From the IMG/VR virus record IMGVR_UViG_2936984999_000007: 64,000 nt of DNA. One strand, written 5' to 3'. Position numbers and translations under genes: made by a program. Every line of letters starts with the position of its first letter. Position 1 is the first letter of the stretch. Positions 46,416 through 53,500 of this stretch are shown here, piece after piece. A model generated the notes under the pieces. It did not search any database and had not been told where the DNA came from. It was given only the letters and a program-made list of their open reading frames with translations. The DNA comes from a virus.

Positions 46416-46733
46416 ATGACCCACGAAGAAGTAAAAGCTCTGGTGGAGGAGATGGGGCTTCCCTATGCGTATGACCATTTCGCAGAAGGGGAGAGCCCTG
46501 ATCCACCGTTTATCTGCTTCCTGTATCCGAAAGCCGAGAATTTCGGTGCGGATAACCTTGTGTACCATCACTTCAACCGGCTGGACATCGAGGTGTACAC
46601 CGACTACAAAGACCCGGATATGGAAGCAAATATTGAAGAAGTCCTGACCGCACACGAACTCTACTATGAGAAAAGCGAGGTCTGGATCGAAACAGAAAAA
46701 ATGTATGAAGTCCTGTATGAGCTGACTGTCTGA
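46416..46733 (+). CDS. tail-module hypothetical protein (tail completion/terminator position)
   Basis: Position only. Confidence 0.35.
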   Translation: MTHEEVKALVEEMGLPYAYDHFAEGESPDPPFICFLYPKAENFGADNLVYHHFNRLDIEVYTDYKDPDMEANIEEVLTAHELYYEKSEVWIETEKMYEVLYELTV

Positions 46734-46767
46734 GTCAGCCAGCAGGCTATTTTTATGGGAGGATTCT

Positions 46768-47385
46768 ATGGCAAACAAGAAAAGCAACAAGGTCAAATTC
46801 GGCCTGAAAAACTGCCATTATGCAAAGGCAACCTTTGACGAAGATGGCAGTGTCACTTACGCAAAGCCGGTCCGCATCCCCGGTGCAGTCAGTCTTTCGA
46901 TGGATGCCAATGGCGAGATCGAGCCGTTCTATGCAGACAATATCGCCTACTATGTCGTGAATAACAACTCCGGCTACGAGGGGGATCTGGAGATCGCACT
47001 GATCCCGGAGAGCTTCCTCACGGATATCATGCACGAGGAGCTGGATGGCAACGGTGTGCTTGCTGAGAACGCCAACGTGGAACTGGAGCATTTCGCCTTC
47101 CTGTTCGAGTTCGATGGCGACCAGCGCCACATCCGTCATGTGCTGTACAACTGTGTGGCAAGTCGTCCGTCCATCGAGGGTGAGACCAATGAGGACAGCA
47201 AGGAAGTCAAGACGGATACCCTGAACCTGCAGGCAACCCCTCTGGCAAACGGTTATGTCAAGGCAAAGACCGGCACCAACACCACTGATGATGTCTATAA
47301 CAAGTGGTACGATGCGGTCTATGAGCCGCAAGCAGAAGCTGTGGACACCGAAGACACCAGCCATACCGAGGAACCGCAGGGCTAA
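46768..47385 (+). CDS. major tail protein (phi13-family-like)
   Basis: Position before the chaperone pair; size 205 aa. Confidence 0.6.
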   Translation: MANKKSNKVKFGLKNCHYAKATFDEDGSVTYAKPVRIPGAVSLSMDANGEIEPFYADNIAYYVVNNNSGYEGDLEIALIPESFLTDIMHEELDGNGVLAENANVELEHFAFLFEFDGDQRHIRHVLYNCVASRPSIEGETNEDSKEVKTDTLNLQATPLANGYVKAKTGTNTTDDVYNKWYDAVYEPQAEAVDTEDTSHTEEPQG

Positions 47386-47441
47386 GTGACCAATTCACAC
47401 CGCAGGGCTTCGGCTCTGCTTACATTATTATAAAGAGGTAT

Positions 47442-48275
47442 ATGACTATGAAGAAGATTTTTCCTTTGTTCGCAGTGATCATCGTTCTGGTGCTGGCTGT
47501 CTGCTCGTTCCACATCATCCCCACCGGTTACACGGGCGTGAAGACCAGCTTCGGTCAGATTCAGAAAACTACCATTCAGAGTGGCAAGCTCAACTTCTGC
47601 ATTCCCTTTGTGCAGAGTATCCACAAGGTCAACAACAAGCAGCAGGATAAACACATCGAGGCGCAGGTCTGGGGCGAAGCCTCCGACAAGACTCCTGTGT
47701 ATGCGGCTGATGTGATCGTGACCTATCAGGTGCTTCCTGAGAAGAGTGCATGGCTGTATGCGAATGTGTCCGACATCAAGAATCTGGTCGGTGACGAACT
47801 GGTGGCATCGGCAATCAAGTCTGCGATGGCAGAACTTGGTCCCAATGAGGTAACCAACCGTACCAAGATCGAGCCTCTGGCACAGCAAAAGCTGGCAGAG
47901 TCCCTTGTGCAGAAATACGGTGAGGACGTTGTATTCGTAAACAAGGTGGTCATCAACGACATGAATTTCGAGGATGCCTATAACGAAGCCATCCAGCAGA
48001 AGTCCATTGCACAGCAGAATGCAGATAAGCAGAAGATCGAGAATGAAGCCGCCATTGCCAAGGCAGAAGCGGATAAGCAGGTGGCGATCACCAATGCAGA
48101 GGCGGAAGCACAGAAAACTTCCATTGCCGCAGACGCACAGGCAGAGGCAAACCGCAAACTGGCAGAAAGCCTGTCCGATACGCTGATCGATTACCAGAAG
48201 GTTCAGAAGTGGGATGGAAAGCTTCCTACTGTGAGCGGCGGTAATGCACTGGTCAGCATTGACCCGGCAGAGTAA
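47442..48275 (+). CDS. SPFH/band-7 (prohibitin/stomatin-like) membrane protein inserted in the tail module
   Basis: N-terminal TM helix, then SPFH core (IIPTGYTGVKTSFGQIQ ...), then an A/E/K-rich coiled-coil tail. Confidence 0.7.
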   Translation: MTMKKIFPLFAVIIVLVLAVCSFHIIPTGYTGVKTSFGQIQKTTIQSGKLNFCIPFVQSIHKVNNKQQDKHIEAQVWGEASDKTPVYAADVIVTYQVLPEKSAWLYANVSDIKNLVGDELVASAIKSAMAELGPNEVTNRTKIEPLAQQKLAESLVQKYGEDVVFVNKVVINDMNFEDAYNEAIQQKSIAQQNADKQKIENEAAIAKAEADKQVAITNAEAEAQKTSIAADAQAEANRKLAESLSDTLIDYQKVQKWDGKLPTVSGGNALVSIDPAE

Positions 48276-48342
48276 GAAACACGATATACGGCAGGGCTTC
48301 GGCTCTGCCAATTTTACATGAAATTTATGGAGGATTACGATT

Positions 48343-48723
48343 ATGGCAGTTACAAAGAAAATCGAGATCGATGGCAAGGAAGTCACCTTTAAGGCAAGTG
48401 CCGCTGTGCCTCGCCTGTACCGCATCAAGTTCGGTCGTGACATCTACAAAGACCTGCGCCAGTTGGAAAAGAGCGTGGGGGAGAATGATGAGGACAATTC
48501 CAACCTCGACCTGTTCAGTTTGGAGATGTTTGAGGACTTGGCATGGCTGATGGCCCGTCATGCAGACCCGGCAAAGGTGCCGGACAGCCCGGAGGAGTTC
48601 CTGGACCAGTTCAACACCTTCTCTATTTATCAGATCCTGCCCCAGCTGATCGAACTGTGGGGTCTGAATGTGCAGACCGAGGTAGAATCCAGAAAAAACC
48701 TCGCAAAAGTGAGCGGGAAATGA
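48343..48723 (+). CDS. tail assembly chaperone (G-like)
   Basis: Canonical position between the major tail protein and TMP; partner -1 frame ORF overlaps. Confidence 0.7.
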   Translation: MAVTKKIEIDGKEVTFKASAAVPRLYRIKFGRDIYKDLRQLEKSVGENDEDNSNLDLFSLEMFEDLAWLMARHADPAKVPDSPEEFLDQFNTFSIYQILPQLIELWGLNVQTEVESRKNLAKVSGK

Positions 48724-48884
48724 CCACCCCGCTCTTTCTGCTGCGCTGTGTGCAGCTCGGTATCAGCATCGCCGATCTCGACCTGCTGACCATCGGGTTG
48801 GTCAATGATATGTTCACGGAACGGCAGAACGACGACTATCCGTACAAAGAGCTGGCTTCGCAAAGTGATTTTGACAAATTTTGA
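48343..48884 (+). CDS. tail assembly chaperone -1 frameshift extension product (G-T-like)
   Basis: Slippery heptamer A-AAA-AAC at 48693-48699 in the zero frame. The -1 frame continues to 48884 (KKPRKSEREMTTPLF ...). Confidence 0.5.
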
Positions 48885-48948
48885 CAGAATAAAACTCGAC
48901 GAGCGTGCATATATTAAACATGAAATAAGCACGCCCGTTTGATTTTGC

Positions 48949-48977
48949 TTGACTACCGTGCTTATTTCGATTACAAT
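48949..48977 (+). promoter_or_regulatory. promoter TTGACT-17-TACAAT for the abiE cassette, embedded in inverted repeats
   Basis: Hairpins GCGTGC ... GCACGC and CCGTGCTTAT ... ATAAGCACGG flank it. Confidence 0.5.
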
Positions 48978-49002
48978 ATAAGCACGGAAGGATGGTGATT
49001 CT

Positions 49003-49587
49003 ATGAATGAGATGACAAGATTAGTTCAAAATCATGATTACCTTACGCCGAGAATTGCGGGAAAATCTGGAATTTCAAAATTTAAGTTTTACAAATATGT
49101 TCGAGAAAACGGATTGGAGCCGGTCAGCCGTGGTGTTTATTCTACGGGAGCGGATTGGGTCGATGAGTTGTATGTGCTTCATAAGAGATGCCCGAATGCT
49201 GTTTTTTCACATGACGAGGCTTTTTATTATCATGGTCTGACAGACAGAGAACCGTTTGTCCACACACTTACCATATACAGCGGTTACAATGCACATCGGC
49301 TTATAGCGGATGGAAGTTGTAAAGTATATACGGTAAAACGGGAATTACTGGATGTCGGAAAGATCATTGTGAAAGACAACGATGGGAACATGATTCCAAT
49401 GTATGACTTGGAACGAACGATTTGTGATCTGATGAGAAGCCGGAGCAGTATTGAAGCACAGGATTTCAATTCCGTTCTGAAGACATATGTTTCCAGAAGA
49501 GACAAGGACCTAAATCGACTCATGGAATATGCAAAGCTGTTTCGGGTTGATAATGTGATCCGCAGATATATGGGGGTATTATTGTAA
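49003..49587 (+). CDS. abiEi: AbiEi-family antitoxin/transcriptional regulator (type IV TA / abortive infection)
   Basis: N-terminal AbiEi_4-like wHTH (LTPRIAGKSGISKFKFYKYVRENGLEPVSRGVYS). Confidence 0.65.
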   Translation: MNEMTRLVQNHDYLTPRIAGKSGISKFKFYKYVRENGLEPVSRGVYSTGADWVDELYVLHKRCPNAVFSHDEAFYYHGLTDREPFVHTLTIYSGYNAHRLIADGSCKVYTVKRELLDVGKIIVKDNDGNMIPMYDLERTICDLMRSRSSIEAQDFNSVLKTYVSRRDKDLNRLMEYAKLFRVDNVIRRYMGVLL

Positions 49588-49588
49588 A

Positions 49589-50428
49589 ATGCAGCTGACA
49601 CCAGAACAGGTTAAGGGAAGAATTAAGAATGTGGCAAAGGAAAACAAGGCAGATGCCAGAACGCTCATGCGGATCTATATGATGGAGCGTTTCCTTGAGA
49701 GAGTTGCCAGTTCGCAGTACAAAGATAATTTTATCATCAAAGGCGGGATGCTGGTGACAGCAATGGTTGGCGTAGCATTGCGGTCTACGATGGATATCGA
49801 TACGAGCATAAAAAATCAGAATCTGTCGGCAGAAGATGCCAGACGGATTGTGGATGAAATCAAGGACATCGATCTTGGCGATGGAGTGACCTTTGAGGTT
49901 AAGGAAGTTTCCAATATCATGGATGAGATGGAGTATCCGGGTATTCGTTTTACCATGAATGCCGTGATGGGAAAACTTGTGACACCTATGAAAATTGATA
50001 TTTCTACAGGAGATGTTATTACGCCGAGAGCTATCGAGTATAATTATAAATTGCTCTTGGATGACCGTTCCATCAGCCTTTGGTCATATAATTTGGAAAC
50101 AATTCTGGCAGAAAAACTTCAGACGGTCCTTGCAAGAGGTCTTTTGAATACCCGAATGAGAGACTTCTATGACATCAAGACCCTGCTTTCTATTTACGAG
50201 CAGGACATAGATGCTGATGTGCTGAAAAAGGCATTTGAGGCAACCTGTAAGAAAAGAAGCACCGAAAATCTGAAAGAGGAAGCACCCAAAATTATGGCTG
50301 CCGTCAGTGATGACGCACAGTTACATACACTTTGGAAGTCCTACCAGAAGAAATATCCGTATGCTGCTGATATCAGCTATGAGGATATTATGGAGAGCAC
50401 AATGCTCTTATGGAGTAAAATTCAATAA
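49589..50428 (+). CDS. abiEii: AbiEii nucleotidyltransferase toxin (DUF1814)
   Basis: FIIKGGMLV ... RSTMDIDTS ... nucleotidyltransferase motifs. 1 nt gap after abiEi. Terminator 50441-50470. Confidence 0.75.
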   Translation: MQLTPEQVKGRIKNVAKENKADARTLMRIYMMERFLERVASSQYKDNFIIKGGMLVTAMVGVALRSTMDIDTSIKNQNLSAEDARRIVDEIKDIDLGDGVTFEVKEVSNIMDEMEYPGIRFTMNAVMGKLVTPMKIDISTGDVITPRAIEYNYKLLLDDRSISLWSYNLETILAEKLQTVLARGLLNTRMRDFYDIKTLLSIYEQDIDADVLKKAFEATCKKRSTENLKEEAPKIMAAVSDDAQLHTLWKSYQKKYPYAADISYEDIMESTMLLWSKIQ

Positions 50429-50440
50429 TCGGTAGCAACC

Positions 50441-50470
50441 CCGTTGGAGAAATCTGACGGGGTATTTTTA
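50441..50470 (+). terminator. intrinsic terminator ACCCCGT-N13-ACGGGGT + ATTTTTA
   Basis: Ends the abiE unit. Confidence 0.55.
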
Positions 50471-50540
50471 TACCCATTTTTAGCCTGTCTGTCCCGTGCA
50501 GATGGGCTTTTTTCATGCCCACAAGGAGGTGGTTACGCAA

Positions 50541-53500
50541 ATGGCATCCAGAATCCAGGGCATCACCGTTGAGATCGGCGGCGATACCACAAAGCTCTCC
50601 AAAGCACTGGAAGGTGTAAACAAGTCAATCAAGGGGACGCAGTCCGGACTGAAGGATGTCAACAAACTCCTGAAACTGGATCCCTCGAATACAGAACTGG
50701 TCGTCCAGAAGCAGAAGATGCTGAAGGATGCCATTCAAGCAACCAAGGAAAAGCTGGCAACTCTGAAGACTGCGGCACAGCAGGCGAATGAGCAGCTTGC
50801 AAATGGTGAGATCACCCAGCAGCAGTACGATGCTCTCCAGCGCGAGATCGTGGAAACCGAACAGAATCTGCGGTCATTACAGGACCAGGCGGCTACTACC
50901 AATGCGACGCTTGCCAAGATTGATGAAGCCGGAGAAAAGCTCCAGAACATTGGATCTTCTGTGGAGAATGTCGGTAAGAAGTTCCTGCCGGTGACTGCCG
51001 CTGTAACGGGTCTTGGCACTGCCGCAGTGAAGACCGCAGCCGACTTCGATTCTGAGATGAGCAAGGTTTCTGCCATTTCCGGTGCAACAGGGGATGACTT
51101 TGACCAGCTTCGTGCAAAAGCCCGTGAAATGGGTGCAAAGACAAAGTTCTCCGCATCCGAGGCGGCCTCGGCGATGGAGTACATGGCCATGGCCGGATGG
51201 AAAACGGGGGACATGCTGAATGGTATCGAAGGTATCATGAACCTCGCGGCGGCATCCGGTGAAGACCTCGCTACGACTTCGGATATCGTCACCGATGCCC
51301 TTACCGCTTTCGGTTTGTCTGCGGCGGATTCCGGGCATTTTGCAGATATCCTTGCAGCCGCTTCCTCCAATGCGAACACCAATGTCAGCATGATGGGCGA
51401 GACGTTCAAGTACTGTGCGCCTATCGCCGGTGCGCTTGGGTTCTCGGCAGAGGATACCGCAGAAGCCATCGGTCTGATGGCAAACAGTGGTATCAAGGCT
51501 TCTCAGGCTGGTACTTCCCTTCGTACCATCATGAACAACCTTTCCGGTGAAGTGACCTTTGTGGGCAAGAACATCGGTGAGGTCACGATTGCGACCAGCA
51601 ACGCAGATGGCAGCATGAGAAGCCTGAACGACATCCTTGCGGACTGCCGTGTGGCATTCTCCGGGTTGTCGGAATCTGAGAAAGCTGCCAACGCAGAGGC
51701 ACTGGTCGGCAAGAATGCCATGTCCGGCTTCCTTGCCCTGATGAATTCCAGCGAGACGGACATCAACAAACTGCGTGGAGCCATTGAAAACTGCGATGGC
51801 GCATCCGAGAGCATGGCAGAGACCATGCAGGACAACTTAAATGGTCAGCTCACCATCCTGAAATCTCAGCTGGAGGAGCTGGCTATTTCTTTTGGTGATA
51901 TCCTGATGCCGACCATCCGCAAGATCGTATCAGCCGTGCAGCAGTTCGTGGATAAACTGAACAGCATGGATGAAAGTACCAGGGAAACGATCATCAAAAT
52001 CGGACTTCTGGCAGCATCCATCGGTCCGCTGCTCATTGTGCTGGGCAAGACCATATCGACCGTCGGCACAGCGATGCGGGGGTTCAGTTCTCTTGCAAAG
52101 GGTGTCCGGCTTCTCATCACCCATGTGGGCAGTGCCAGCGGTGTGTTCAGCAAGCTGGGTGTGGTTCTGGGTGGTCTGTCCGGGCCGGTCGTAGCAGTGG
52201 TGGCGGTCATCGGCACACTGGTGGCGGCGTTCATGAACCTCTGGAACACCAACGAGGAGTTCCGTGCTGCCATTACCGGTATCTGGAACGACATCGTTTC
52301 CAAGGTGAAAGGCTTCTGCGACCAACTGACACAGCGGATCAACGGGCTGGGCTTTGATTTTAAGGATGTCACTGAGGTACTGAAAGCAGTATGGGATGGC
52401 TTCTGTCAGGTGCTTGCACCGCTGTTTGAGGGAGCATTCCAGAATATTTCGACCATCCTTGGCGTTGTTCTGGATACCTTACTGGGTCTGTTCGATGTCT
52501 TTTCCAATGTGTTCTCCGGCAACTGGAGCGGTGCATGGGAAGCGGCAAAGGGCATCTTCTCCAGTATCTGGGATGGCGTGAAGTCTGTATTCTCTACGAC
52601 TCTTACCGCATTAAAGAGCGCACTGGATGTGTTCCTTGGTCTGTTCGGTACGGACTGGCAGACTGTCTGGGGCAGTATCAAGAACTTCTTCGAGATCGTG
52701 TGGAGCGGAATCAGCAGCTTCTTTTCAAACACAGTTTCTGCTATCCAAAGTGTGGCAACGACTGTGTTCACTGCAGTTTCGAGCTTCTTTACGACTGTCC
52801 TTACGAGTATCCAGACGACCTTCAGCACCATCTGGACTGCCATTTCTACAGCAGTTTCGTCTGTGTTGAATACGATCCATACCACGGTGACAACTGTGTG
52901 GACGGCGATCTCGACTGCGATTTCTACGGTCATGAACACCATCAGCACGACAATCACTTCGGTGTGGAATGGCATCTACAACACCATGAAACCTCTGTTG
53001 GATGCGTTCAAGTATCTGTTTGAGACCATCTGGCAGGCAATCCAGATCCTGATCGGCGCAGCACTGACCGCAATCCAGACGAAGATCACTTCCATCTGGA
53101 ACGCTATCGTCGCCTTTGTGACTCCGATCCTGACTGGATTGCAGACGACTTTCTCTACGGTTTGGTCTGCAATCCAAACAGCCATCTCCACGGTGCTGAC
53201 TGCGATCCAGACTGCAGTGACGACGGTGTGGAACGCCATTGTGTCGTTCCTGTCTCCGCTGCTGACTGGCATCCAGACCCGGATGAGTACGGCATGGAAT
53301 GCGATCAAGACGGTCATCTCGACGGTCCTTTCTGCAATCCAGTCCAAGGTTTCTTCCATCTGGAGCGCCATCAGCAGCAAGATATCCGGTGTGGTAAACA
53401 GCATCAAATCGGTGGTTTCTTCCGGCTGGAATGCTATGAAATCCACGGTATCGTCCCTCAGTAACAGCATCAAGAGCGCAGCGACCACAGCTTTTAACTC

